From Felis catus (Eukaryota), in assembly GCF_018350175.1 (NCBI RefSeq), contig NC_058383.1:11162001-11226000 (forward strand): a stretch of DNA of 64,000 nucleotides, in the 5' to 3' direction. The position numbers and the translations under genes are program-made. Positions within the stretch are counted from its first letter, which is position 1. Every line of letters starts with the position of its first letter. Shown one piece after another: positions 52,201 to 60,994 of this stretch. Under the pieces are notes generated by a model. That model had not been told where the DNA came from. It made no database searches and was given only the letters and a program-made list of their open reading frames with translations.

Positions 52201-54462
52201 ATTCCATGCTGCACACGGCAGCCCTGGGAGAAGCAGGGGGCCAGATGGTGCTGTCTCCATTACAGACAGAGGGAGAGCCAGAGGAGGAAAGGGACCCTGC
52301 CATGGTCACGGTCACGGTCACGGTCACTCAGGCAGTGAGGGGCTAGGGGCAACCTGAAGGCAGTGTTCCGGCCCAGAGTGCAGAAGAGGCAAGCACCTTC
52401 TGGAGCCAGACCCTGGAGACGGGGGATGACCTTTGACCTCTGAGTCATCTGGAGCCTGGACTGGTCACCTGGGCCACAGACCAGCTGCCTCCAGCAGGGG
52501 ACACAGAAGGGGGACTCAGGACTCAATTCTGTGGTCCGACAGGTCAGCAGGGGCTCACTGCTCCTCCCACCTCCTTTCCCCCCTCCCGCTCCCCCCTCCC
52601 AGCATGTCTGTGAGTCCTCTAGACTGGACCCTGCGGTGGGGGCTGAAGAGCGCCAGTCCCTACACAGAAGGTGAGGGGCAGAGGGAGGGGCTCTTTGCTG
52701 CCCTTCTAAGAAGCCCCCAAATGCCCCCTCCTCCCAGCACCCACCCAGGCCCCACACAGCCACAGCCTGAGTCATCATCCTGGTTTGAATGGTAGCCGGC
52801 ACATCAGCCAGGGGGCTGCCTGGGGCTGAGGGCCAAGGGTTGGAAAAACAAGGCCGGTTTCTCTCACCTCCAGCCTTGGAAGCGCAAGACAGGCTAGGGA
52901 GTGGGGGGCAGAGGGCAGGTAGAGGAGGGTTGGCGGGGGTCAAGAGCCAGAGGGGGGCCGAGGGGGGGGGGGGAAGGTTCAGAATTTCAGCTGTTGGCTT
53001 TTGTTTTCAAATGACCTGTTTAATAATTACCTTTGCCATCAAAGGAGCCCAGGGCCCAGCAAAGGAGAGGTTTTCAACCCTCCATACTCCACCGAGCAGC
53101 CCAGCCGGGAGAAGAAAGTATACAAGATCCCACCGGCGGATCTGGCTCGCTCCATCTGGCAAACAATGGCGGGACTAAACTGCCCGCTCAGACACACACA
53201 TCAAAGTGAGATTTCCAGGCAAGAACTTTAACAGGCAGATAAGAGGCTCGGATGGAATTATTTCCCTGCATCCCCAGAGCTTCCCTGGGCTCAGCGCCCA
53301 AGGGGGCAGCCTTAGGGGCCTGTCATTTTAACCTTAACCTTGACCTGTAATGTACTCATTCATTTTGCAGCCAGGGGGAACCGCCTCGGCCCCAACCCCG
53401 AAAAACCCAACCGGCAACAACTTCATGGCTTTGAACAGTCACAATGGTGGACAAACAAGGGATTTAAGTTACAGCGGCCAGCTCGCGCTCACACTCCATG
53501 GGGCTCCGGCACCATAAAAAACACACCCCAAACCAAGCACCCACGGGGGCTCACACAGTCAGATCCTGACCGGGCAGGAGAAAATCCAACTTGGTTTTTT
53601 TTGTTTGTTTGTTTCTTCCCCAACCTCCCAAGGCCTTCAACTATTTTTCCCCCTGCAGCATCCAAGCCCAGCCTCGAGGCTGAGCCATAAACACGCCTGC
53701 TCCTCCCCCTTCCACGGTTCGGCAACACCCCCCCCCCCAACCTTCCTGGACCTGGAGGAGACAGAAGCACCGCGACCCTCACCCGCAGCCCCTCCTCGGG
53801 CCCTCCCCCCGGCCTCCCGCGCCGTCCGCAGCCCTCACAGACACCTTGAGATAAACACCCACTAATGATTTTATGATTTTCTGCTCTCTGGGTAGCCGCG
53901 CTCAGCAGAATCCCTCCCCCGGCCCTGGCTACGGGGGCCGGCCCAGCCGAGGGATTGGGGGATGGGGGTGTTAGTTTGTTTTTTCCACTGCCGCGTCCCC
54001 ACACCTGTTTTTCATTCATTCATTCGTTCGTTCATTCATTCACGGATTCGTCACTGCAGCCTCCCCGGCCCTTCGGATCTCGGGGAGGGGATGGGAGGGA
54101 GCGGGCCGAGATGCGGCGGGGGGTGGGGGGGGGCGGGAGACGGCGGCGGGGGTGCATCGAGGCGGGGCTCGGGGTGGAAGGACCCCGCTCGAGGGCAGAT
54201 CGGGCGGCTTCGTCGAAAACAAGGCGGGCGGCGGGGCGGGGGCGCTCCCCGGGGCTCGAAGTTGTTTTCCGAGCCGCGGCGGCGAGGACAGCCGCCCGGG
54301 TGCGCCTCTTTGTCTCTCCCCGGCCGGCGCCGCGTCCCCGCGCGCTCACCTGGTCTTGGAGGACAGGAAGGCAAGTTTGATCAGGCCGTAGGTGAAGAGC
54401 GGGATGCTCTCCTTGGCGACGCTGGCAACTTGCAGCCGGTGCTCCAGGATGTGGAGTTCCAT
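2955..54462 (-). CDS. CASTOR2: CASTOR2 (GATSL2), full spliced CDS: complement(join(2955..3020,3100..3194,6493..6575,6972..7082,7857..7980,8508..8640,9035..9228,20036..20106,54350..54462)), 329 aa
   Basis: Exon lengths 113+71+194+133+124+111+83+95+66 = 990 nt. All introns are GT-AG with matching phases. The translation MELHILEHRLQVASVAKESIPLFTYGLIKLAF...DECGIVAQISEPLAAADIPAYYISTFKFDHALVPEENINAVIGALKVSQAEKH* matches CASTOR2 as I recall it. The QNI motif (PLADQNISVF) marks CASTOR2 rather than CASTOR1 (HHV). Confidence 0.97.
3100..3194 (-). CDS. CASTOR2: CASTOR2 exon 8 (DECGIVAQISEPLAAADIPAYYISTFKFDHAL)
   Basis: Acceptor ccccag|AT; donor CTG|gtgagt; 95 nt; contains residues of the ACT4 pocket. 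Confidence 0.96.
4230..4458. mobile_element. Old hAT/Charlie-type non-autonomous DNA transposon remnant
   Basis: tgtgggctgggacccat...ccagcattttacaaaatga...aaaccacgctc resembles MER/Charlie ends; a related remnant lies at about 56550-56760. Confidence 0.45.
6020..6230 (+). mobile_element. Ancient L1 (L1MC/L1ME-like) 3' fragment
   Basis: aaagacactgtttgggcagttgtggaaa...gtggttatggaggaga...atattcaggggtga resembles L1M 3' UTR consensus. Confidence 0.55.
6493..6575 (-). CDS. CASTOR2: CASTOR2 exon 7 (FPSNLLFTSASGELWKMVRIGGQPLGF)
   Basis: Acceptor tctctctttgttaag|G (less common AAG); donor G|gtgagt; 83 nt. Confidence 0.95.
6972..7082 (-). CDS. CASTOR2: CASTOR2 exon 6 (VKDPMAAGEDCGHIRFFSFSLIEGYISLVMDVQTQQ)
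   Basis: Acceptor ccccag|A; donor AG|gtgagt; 111 nt. Confidence 0.95.
7857..7980 (-). CDS. CASTOR2: CASTOR2 exon 5 (QRPVIHPLSSPSNRF...DVMFYSN)
   Basis: Acceptor ctcccag|TC; donor GG|gtacgg; 124 nt. Confidence 0.95.
8508..8640 (-). CDS. CASTOR2: CASTOR2 exon 4 (VRERDLPFVTHTLSSEF...GFVKPKM)
   Basis: Acceptor ctccag|GTG; donor G|gtgagt; 133 nt. Confidence 0.96.
9035..9228 (-). CDS. CASTOR2: CASTOR2 exon 3 (LPSSEHLSVAGATWLALNVV...QNISVFMLSTYQTDFIL)
   Basis: Acceptor cccccag|AG; donor CTG|gtgagc; 194 nt; overlaps track ORF 8837..9202. Confidence 0.96.
10550..10705 (-). mobile_element. Carnivore SINE (SINEC), truncated
   Basis: gagcccgacgcagggcccgaactcacgagctctgagatcatgacctgagc. Confidence 0.85.
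11130..11325. mobile_element. MER3-like DNA transposon
   Basis: gcgctgtcc...ttttatttaattttggtgcattt...cacatggtgagtggttacc. Confidence 0.55.
17228..17481 (+). mobile_element. SINEC with an extra 3' segment and a second poly(A), inserted in a MIR
   Basis: ggggcgcctgggtggctcagtcgg head and CT-rich body; A-tail near 17423; second A-run 17462-17481. Confidence 0.9.
18765..18947 (+). mobile_element. SINEC_Fc, 5' truncated
   Basis: acttcggctcaggtcatgatctcgcgg...aaaaataaataaacgttaaaa. Confidence 0.9.
19170..19580 (+). mobile_element. L1 3' end interrupted by a SINEC (19325-19520)
   Basis: gtttctttttggggtgatgaaaatgttctggaa is L1M 3' UTR; the target-site duplication (TSD) aaatggtggacttt flanks the SINE. 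Confidence 0.85.
19893..19977 (+). repeat. Minisatellite GGCAGAAATAAGGCGGCGGG, three exact copies plus one degenerate copy
   Basis: Direct inspection. Confidence 0.9.
20036..20106 (-). CDS. CASTOR2: CASTOR2 exon 2 (CKFFSLTETPEDYTIIVDEEGFL)
   Basis: Acceptor ccatccag|G; donor G|gtgagt; 71 nt. Confidence 0.96.
20948..21149 (+). mobile_element. SINEC
   Basis: Typical head, body and tail. Confidence 0.9.
21330..21555 (-). mobile_element. SINEC_Fc inserted at the end of an L1 fragment (about 21160-21330)
   Basis: Reverse-complement SINE; degenerate TSD acgaatcggacttta / acgcatctgactcta. Confidence 0.9.
22492..22602. mobile_element. MER91B-like palindromic MITE (hAT-Tip100)
   Basis: cacaactc...atgtgaa...gagttgagcagtgcacaatctgtgcaactgtg matches the MER91B hairpin as I recall it. 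Confidence 0.65.
23395..23528. mobile_element. Second MER91B-like MITE
   Basis: cacaactctggggg...ggagttgagcagtgcacaacccttgcaactgtgt. Confidence 0.7.
24052..24255 (+). mobile_element. SINEC
   Basis: Typical body. Confidence 0.85.
25800..26375 (+). mobile_element. L1M 3' end interrupted by a SINEC (26106-26321)
   Basis: gaaaagttctggagatggatgg...tgttatgtatatttgaccacaataaaaaa. Confidence 0.85.
26520..26545 (+). repeat. G26 homopolymer
   Basis: Direct inspection. Confidence 0.9.
27211..27389 (+). mobile_element. SINEC
   Basis: TSD aagatcctgc at 27199 and 27388. Confidence 0.9.
29088..29128 (+). repeat. (CA)n microsatellite
   Basis: Direct inspection. Confidence 0.95.
30985..31384 (-). mobile_element. 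Two minus-strand SINECs (partial about 30985-31088; full about 31175-31384)
   Basis: Reverse-complement SINE heads gagccacccaggtgaccc and gagccacccaggcgcccc. Confidence 0.85.
31696..32100 (+). mobile_element. Tandem pair of SINEC_Fc inside a minus-strand L1 remnant
   Basis: One 14-bp TSD gtattttgagatca (31682-31695 and 32101-32114) flanks both; the second copy has an internal deletion. Confidence 0.9.
32833..33283 (+). mobile_element. Two SINEC_Fc (32833-33042 and 33067-33283)
   Basis: Full SINE bodies; the second is flanked by TSD aaagctttgaaaca. Confidence 0.92.
33297..33629 (+). mobile_element. 5'-truncated carnivore L1 3' end with 3'-transduced sequence
   Basis: aagagactcttaaatacagagaacaaactgagggttgctgg...gatgaatcactaaattct is carnivore L1 3' UTR; two poly(A) tails; TSD aaagctttgaaac. 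Confidence 0.88.
35385..35600. mobile_element. MER3 DNA transposon
   Basis: tagccactggccacatgtggccactgagc...cagccacatgtggctagaggctacc. Confidence 0.75.
35870..36107 (-). mobile_element. SINEC
   Basis: Reverse-complement SINE. Confidence 0.88.
36360..36612 (-). mobile_element. MLT1 (MaLR) solo LTR
   Basis: ctgggtggcttaaaacacagaaa...cagttctggaggctgga...gacctcatttgaccttaactacctcctaaaggcc. Confidence 0.75.
39991..40337 (+). mobile_element. MLT1A/B (MaLR) solo LTR
   Basis: Starts tgctatggactgaatg; contains gcaccttgatcatggacttccag and ggtatttgttactgcagcccgagcagac. Confidence 0.8.
40478..40640 (-). mobile_element. SINEC
   Basis: Reverse-complement SINE body. Confidence 0.85.
44200..45060 (+). 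mobile_element. L1MB-like 3' region interrupted by a SINEC (44256-44430)
   Basis: atacagtggagtattattcag, aaatgtccggaagaggcaaat, atggtatgcgaattagatctcagtaaagc. Confidence 0.8.
45078..45274 (+). mobile_element. SINEC
   Basis: SINE body; TSD-like ccctactct. Confidence 0.85.
45535..46020 (-). mobile_element. L1M 3' fragment, minus strand
   Basis: gtccttttgtgaatggcttattccacttggcgtaacg...tccttcctttttaaggctga. Confidence 0.75.
46130..46332 (-). mobile_element. SINEC with (GA)n
   Basis: Reverse-complement SINE. Confidence 0.85.
46758..47360. mobile_element. MER94-like MITE (about 46758-46866) followed by an MLT1 LTR (about 46870-47360)
   Basis: gtaattatttttagtgcgccc...ttctccaaagtgtcccc; ttgcgtaacaaattacccaaaaactcagtggc. 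Confidence 0.6.
48420..48630 (-). mobile_element. MIR
   Basis: gaaactgacagcacagagacgtcaagcagctttgcccaaggtcacacagc. Other MIR remnants lie at about 5240, 11940, 23810, 45330 and 50700. Confidence 0.7.
48766..48945. repeat. (TATC/CATC)n repeat followed by a truncated minus-strand SINEC head
   Basis: Direct inspection; gactgagccacccaggcacccc. Confidence 0.8.
49640..50080 (+). mobile_element. Old MLT1 LTR
   Basis: ctgattggtc...catgtgacccagttctg...gcagcccaaagcagcctgctgata. Confidence 0.6.
54350..54462 (-). CDS. CASTOR2: CASTOR2 coding exon 1 (MELHILEH...LSSKT-R)
   Basis: ATG at 54462 in a strong Kozak context (ggacgATGg); donor AG|gtgagc; 113 nt. Confidence 0.96.
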
Positions 54463-54790
54463 CGTCCGCCCGCGCTCCGCGGCGGCTCATCGGCGGGGGG
54501 CGAGCCGCGGCCCCCGCCCCCTGCGCGCCCTGCCGGCACCGAGCGCCGCGGGCGGCCGGCCCGGGGACCGGGAGCTCGGCGCCGGGCGGCCCGGGGCGGA
54601 CAAAAGGGAGGCCCGCCGAGCCGCGAGGGGCCGCGGGCGGCGGGCGGGCGGCGGGCGGGCGGCGGGCGAGGGCGGCAGCGCTGGCGGAGCGGCGGCGCGC
54701 GGCGCCCGGCGCGGAGAGCAGCTGGTGTTCGCTGTAACAAACAACTTGCCACTCAAACGCCGGCCCGCTGGGCATGCGCGGCCGCGGCGG

Positions 54791-54810
54791 GGCGTGCCGG
54801 GACTTGTAGT
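54791..54810 (-). promoter_or_regulatory. ZNF143/THAP11 (SBS) motif ACTACAAGTCCCGGCACGCC
   Basis: Close match to ACTACAnnTCCCAGnATGC, about 330 bp upstream of the ATG. An NRF1-like TGGGCATGCGCG lies next to it at 54769-54780. Confidence 0.7.
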
Positions 54811-54984
54811 CGCGCGCGGCCGGGGCGCCGCCGGCCGGGGCTGTCGGGGGCTGGGCGGCCGCGCGAGGGGCCGGCCCGGCGCCCGCGGAAGGCAGCAGCG
54901 CGGGCGCCCGCCGGGCCGCAGGGGAGGCGGGGTAGGAGTGGGGGTTGTGGTGGTGGTGGGGGGGGTGGTGCGGAGCAGGCCGGG

Positions 54985-54994
54985 GGCCAATCGG
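54985..54994 (+). promoter_or_regulatory. CCAAT box (NF-Y) GGCCAATCGG
   Basis: Matches the RRCCAATSR consensus within the CpG island. Confidence 0.5.
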
Positions 54995-56309
54995 GCCAGC
55001 CTGGGCCTAGCTGCGAGCTCTCACTCCGAGCCCGAGCTCGGGACCTGGCGCCCCGGGGTGCGAGCGAGCAGCCCGCACAGCCCCGGCGCGGGAGGAGGCC
55101 CGGGTCTGGGGGTGGGGGGTGGGAGATTGCTAGAAACCTCTGGTTAGGGTGCGGAGAAGCAAACCAGAGATGGGTGCTGAGGCAGAGGTGGGGCCGAGGG
55201 GTCCAGCGGAGGCTTCCTGGGGGAAGGGGTCATTCGGGCTGGGTTCTGAAGGATGCATGGGAGCTCGCCGAGGAGGGGGGCGGGGCCGGAGGCCCGCGGC
55301 CTTCCAGGCAGAAGGAACAGCGTGTCCAAAGCACAGAAGCGTGAAAGCCCCCACTGGGCTGTGTTTGGCTTTGCTGGAGCGGAAAATGTGAGGGAGGAGA
55401 GGCGAGAGATAAGGCAGGCGCAGTCACCAGGAGTCCGGTCGAGAGGGGTCATGTATGCAGATCTAATGAGGTGGCCGTTTAGCCCGCCCGAGGGAGGGTG
55501 ATGGGGGCTGCGAAGGCCGAATTAGCGAAAAGTCTGAAATGATCCGAAGGGCTTCCCACCGCAGAGGCAGTGTGCCAGTGACCGTGGCCTAGGACGCTTC
55601 CCCTTACTGGCTGACTGGTGTGAAACCGTCTAGGTTAAAGTTGCTGGCGCTTTGCTCTTTGGCAGAGTAATTTGGGGACGTGATGGGTCACGTTTACCTG
55701 CTGGGGCAGTCTGGGAAGGCTCTTTCTGAGGAAGACTCCGGCTCTGCCCTCCCACATTCTCTCTCTCAGCCCTCCTCGTCTGTGAGGTCAGGTCGGAGCA
55801 TTCCGAGGCCCCCTCGTTTACACACAGGGGTCTGGAGCTTGCAATCTGGTAGCTCCTAGAGCTGGCTGATCCCCTCCCTTCCCGCTTTGTTTCCACGAAA
55901 GAATTTATCACCCTCTAATAAAGAATATGTTTATGTTTTGTTGGTTGGTTGATTGGTGGGTCTGTCTTCGTCTGCTAGAATCTCACGTCCACGAAGGCGG
56001 TGATTTTGGCCTGCAATGTGACTGGCAGGTGAATGCATACATGTAAACGCGACACTTTCAGAATCTAGGGATCTAGAAGGCCCAAACAGAAATGCATTCA
56101 GGGCCCAGGTGAGTAACATAGGTGTGTGAACCAGTTCGGCATCAGACAGTCATAAGTGGAACGGAACAAGGGAGGCCTGTCGGAAGGTATCACATTCAGT
56201 TAAAGAAAACAACAACAAAGCAACTGGTGAAACCAAACAGACAAGGCTAAAGATAGGATTCAGTCCCTTTTCTGACTTCTGCGCTGGATGGCCTAAGTCA
56301 GTATTTTCT

Positions 56310-57319
56310 TCTTCTTTTTTTTTTTTTTTTTAGTGTTTATCTTTGAGAGAGAGAGAGACAGAACATGAGCAGGGGAGGGACAGAGAGAGAGGGAGACACA
56401 AAAATGGAAGTAGGCTCCAGGCTCCGAGCTGTCAGCACAGAGCCCGACACAGGGCTTGAACCCACGAACCATGAGCTCATGACCTGAGCCAAAGTCAGAT
56501 GCTTAACCGACTGAGCCACCCAGGTGTTCCCTAAGTCAGTATTTTCTGACCTGTAGGCCATGACCCATGAGTGGAATGTGAAATCAGTTTAGCAGGACCT
56601 GACTGGTGTTTAAAAAAAAAAAAAAAAGAAAATGCCAGAGTTTTGCACAGAGCAAGGGTAGTTAGTATATCATCTTTTCTAAGTTGCAGGAAACTTTAAT
56701 TTTGGCATGTGGGTCCATATGTGCATTCAGGTGTGTGTGCATGTGTGTGTGCACGCACGCGTGTGTGTGCTGAATCTTTTTGTTGTTGTTAAGTTTATTT
56801 ATTTTGAGAGAGAGCACATGCACAAGTGGGGGAGGAGCATAGAGAGAGGGAGAGAGAGAATCCCAAGCAGGCTCCGCACCATCAGCACAGAGCCCGAAGT
56901 GGGGCTCGAACTCACAAACCGTGAGATTGTGACCTGAGTCGAAACCAAGAGTTGGGCGCTTAAAGGACTGAGCCACCCAGGCGCCCCCGTGTGCTGGATC
57001 TTGATGCAAAGGTTATTTCTTACTGTGGTCTTGGCCGAAAGCGTTCGGCGACACCGGGAGTTTTCTCGTTGGTCAAGCCAGACCACCATAAAGTTTGCAA
57101 ATGGAGATGGCATCGGTTTGCCTGGGAGAATCGCTCTCACTGAGCCGTATTTGGGGCTGACGATTTTTGTGACACGACTACAGAAATCCATGCTGAGCTG
57201 TTAAAGATGCTGACCTGCGGGTTGCCCAATCCAGAGGATGGTTTCAGGCTGGGACTACGAGGAGACACCCACTGTCAAGGTCATGCTAGTTCTGGTGCGG
57301 CGCTTTCCCAGTAGAATTC

Positions 57320-57369
<50 letters not shown>

Positions 57370-57702
57370 TCCTTAGCCCTGCCCCCTTCTGGTCCTGCTC
57401 TGGTTTTTCCAGCTTTCCATCTGTGGTTTCTTCTCTGCCCTGCCCTAAAATGAATGCAGGCCCACCTGGTGTTCCTTCCTGTACATGTATTTTTTTTTTT
57501 AATGTTTATTTATTTTTGAGACAGAGAGAGACAGAGCATGAACAGGGGAGGGGCAGAGAGAGGGAGACACAGAATCCGAAACAGGCTCCGGGCTCTGAGC
57601 TGTCAGCACAGAGCCCGATGCGGGGCTCGAGCTCACAGACCTCGAGATCGTGACCTGAGCTGAAGTCGGCCGCCCAACTGACTGAGCCACCCAGGCGCCT
57701 CC
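56310..57702 (-). mobile_element. Three minus-strand SINECs (about 56310-56529, 56775-56988, 57488-57702) plus (CT)n at 57322-57366
   Basis: 18-bp TSD cctaagtcagtattttct (56292 and 56530); TSD gtgtgctg(a/g)atctt. Confidence 0.88.
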
Positions 57703-58144
57703 CTGTATGTGTATTTTTACAGTAATGACTGCCAGTGAATCATGCCTCCCCGCATCGGCTTTGGCTTTGGCTATGGGACTTTTTTGGCCAGTTCGGTGTT
57801 AGCAAATGTGCTTGATAAGTCCTGCACCCTGAGACCCGCCCGCTTAGAACACTGCCCTGAGACCGTGATGCTGTGAAGATGCCCGGGTGAGAAACCACGG
57901 GAAAATAGAAACCCAGGCGGCCCAGCTGGAACATTGGTTGGCATCCCTGGCGTCCAACTACCTGACATGTGAGTGGGACCCTCCTGGATCTTCCAGCTCC
58001 CTGTCTGGATGAACGCAGCCCCATGAGCGAACCAGGTGAAGCCAGAAGAGGAACTACCCAGCCCGCCTATAGAAAAATATTAAATAGTTGTTAATTTGGC
58101 GTGGTTTATTATTTTTTGGCGTGGTTTTGATTTGGCGCGGTTTA

Positions 58145-58607
58145 TTATTTTTTTTAAACGTATTTATTGAAATTCAAATTAGTGAACATACAGCACAGTA
58201 TTGGTTTCCAGAGTAGAACCCAGTGACGCATTCCTTGTGTAGAACACCCAGTGCTCATCCCAGCAAGTGCCCTCCTTAATGCCCATCACCCATTTAGCCC
58301 ATCTCCCCACCTGCCTCCCCTCCAGCGGCCCTCAGTTTGTTCTCTGTCTTTAAAAGTCTCTTACGGGGGCACCTGGGTGGCTCAGTTGGTTCAGCATCCG
58401 ACTCTTGATTTCAGCTCGGATCACGATCTCACGGTTCGTGAGTTCGAGCCCCGCATTGGGCTCTGCGCTGACAGCGTAGAACCTGCTTGGGATTCTCACT
58501 CTTTCCCTCTCTCTCTGCCCCTTCCCTGCTCACGTTCTCTCTCTCTCTCTCTCTCAAAATAAATAAATAAACATTAAAAAAAAAAGAGTGTCTTAGGGTT
58601 TGCCTAC
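58145..58607 (-). mobile_element. Carnivore L1 3' end (minus) with a plus-strand SINEC (58365-58585), nested in an MLT1 LTR
   Basis: acccagtgctcatcccagcaagtgccctccttaatgcccatcacccattt is reverse carnivore L1. Confidence 0.85.
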
Positions 58608-59409
58608 TTGGCCTGGTATATTATGTAGCAATAGATAACTCAATCCTCACCTTCTCTGACTCTATGGGTATACTCAGTCTCTGGCTTCTAATAGGTTGAT
58701 GGTCCTCAAATGGGCAATTCCAGGTCCAAACATATTCCCAAGGCCCCGGTTCACATACCTAACTTCCTAGGGGTTGGCTACCTCCACGGAAAGTTTGACA
58801 GCCTCTGCCAACCCAACCTTCTCAAACCTTCCCTCATCATCTAACCCACCGCGGACCTTCTCCCCTGCCTCCTGTGATCCCCGTCTCGGTTAACGACGCC
58901 ACCCCATTTCCTCAAATCACCCACCTGGTCTGGCACGTTGTGTTTTCCAAGATGGCCGCCCATTCTCCATGCTGCTTCCCGCAACGTCCCCATCATCCCA
59001 TGAGGAGGTGAGTCTAGGTTCCCTCCCCTCGAATTGGAGCAGGTCTGTGACTACAGAGGACATGACTCCCTGTGACGGGTGATACCCTGTGCCCCTGGTC
59101 CTCCAGGGACTCTTGATCTTGGAGCCATTCTGCCATGCTGTGAGGAAGCATAGGCCACACAGACCACAGGAAGCCTCTTGTCTTGGTTTGTCAGGGCTGC
59201 GTAAGAAACTGCCACAGACGGGGGGGGGGGGGGGGGGGCTCACCCAGCAGATGCGTGTTGTCTCACAAATCCGAAGGCTGGAAGTCTGAGATCAGGGCGT
59301 GGGCACGATTGGTTCCTTCTGAGGCTTCTCTTGTAGATGTCTTGTCTTCTCCCCGTGTCCTCACAAGGTCTCCCTGTGTGTTTGTATCTGCATCCTAATC
59401 GCCTCTTCT

Positions 59410-60515
59410 CTTTTATTTTATTTTATTTTATTTATTTTTCAGGTTTATTTATTTCTGAGAGAGTATGGGGGGGGGGAGGGGCAGAGAGAGAGGGAGACAC
59501 AGAATCCAAAGTAGGTTCCGGGCTCTGAGCTGTCAGCACAGAGCTCGATGCGGGGCTCAAACTCACCAACTGAGATCATGATCTGAGCCAGTCAGATGCT
59601 TCAGTGACTGAGCCACCCAGGGGCCTCTATGTCGTTTTATTTACATTTAAAAACTGCCACTCAATTCTGTTGTTAGAAAACATTCACGTATGTTTGGAGT
59701 AGTGTGATTAACTGTCCTGGTTTTTCTGGGCCTGAGGGGGATTTGGGGACTTGGGGCTTTCAGTTTTAAACCCAGGACCGGGGTAAATCGGGACACGTCG
59801 GTCACACTACTGTGGAACCACTTGGTTATGAAAATCTCTGAAATCTAAACACAGATGTGCAATAAATGTAAAATACTCTGGCTCTCAGAGACGTGGTATA
59901 GAAAAAAAATGCAAAATATCTCAGTAATTTTTTATATTGATTACATGTCAAAATGATAAATACTTTAGCTATCGGGTTAAATAAAATATATTATTAAAAT
60001 TAACTTCATCTGTTTCTTTTCACTTTTTTTGATTTTTAAAAAATGTTTTATTTATTTTTGAGAGAGTGCAAGCAGGGGAGGGGCAGAGAGAGGGGGACAG
60101 AGGATCTTAAGCGGGCTCTGTGCGAACAACAGGGAGCTTGATGTGGGGCTTGAACTCATGAACTATGAGATCATGACCTGAGCCAAAGTCGAACGCTCAA
60201 CCAAATGAGCCACTCAGGTGCCCTTTAATTTTTTTTTTTAACGTTTACTTATTTTTCAGAGAGAGAGAGAGAGAAGGAGGGAGGAGGGGAGGGAGGGTCA
60301 GAGAGAGAGGGAGACACAGAATCCGAAGCAGGCTCCAGGCTCTGAGCTGTCAGCATAGAGCCCGATGCAGAGCTTGAACTCATGAACTGTGAGATCATGA
60401 CCTGAGCCTAAGTCGGTTGCTTAATGGACTGAGCTACCCAGGTGCCCCTGTTTCTTTTCACTTTTTACAAATTCCAAATGACACGTGGCTCGCATTATAT
60501 TTTCTTGGACAGCAC
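59410..60515. mobile_element. Nested cluster: SINECs (59410-59623, 60030-60223, 60228-60448), a MER81-like MITE (59698-59811) and a MER33-like element
   Basis: Perfect 10-bp inverted ends agtagtgtga / tcacactact; TSD tgtttcttttcactttt around the SINE pair. Confidence 0.8.
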
Positions 60516-60994
60516 TTTTCCAGAACAGTTGTTCTTAAACTGTGGTTGGTGTCAGAATCCCTGGAGGCAGAAATACCCAGCCCCAGGCCCTCTCCTGCTT
60601 CGATGAGCCTGGACCCCCCCGGCCTCAATCCCTCCGCTGGGGGTGTGGTGGGGGGGAGTGGGGTGTGGGAGTGTGGACACCAGCAACTTCTCCACGCAAG
60701 TCTAGAGTTTCTGGACGCAAGAAAGCAATGCCCAGAGATGGATAGGACTTCTCGCTCTGCCTGGCCGGGGCCCAGCGTGGCCTTTACCATGAGTTCCTAG
60801 CTTAAGAGCCCACTTTCTCTCCAGAAGATAAGCACCTGTAATGTCTACCCCCTTCCAAGAAGGTTCTGGCCCCTCTCCACGGGTCGAGAAGTGCTCACTC
60901 GGGCTGATATTGATTCCATTGATCTGGGGTGGGATCAGGCATTTTTTTTCCTTCCCACATTCCCTGGCGGTTGCACGTGTGCAGCCGGGTTGGA

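Larger units (their letters stand above)
54080..55100. promoter_or_regulatory. CpG island covering the CASTOR2 promoter, 5' UTR and exon 1
   Basis: Extremely GC- and CpG-dense with many GGGCGG boxes, surrounding the start codon. Confidence 0.9.

Noticed and set aside
53962..55344. 460-aa plus-strand ORF and other long ORFs over the CpG island
   Set aside because: Low-complexity G/R/P/A translation, expected from stop-codon scarcity in very GC-rich DNA; antisense to the real exon 1; no recognisable domain.
13380..57010. ATF4/C-EBP amino-acid response element-like 9-mers (TGATGAAAT 13380, TGATGAAAC 19165, TGATGTAAA 45564, TGATGCAAA 57002)
   Set aside because: Attractive for this pathway, but a few such matches are expected by chance in 64 kb and several lie in or beside repeats; ChIP or conservation data would be needed.
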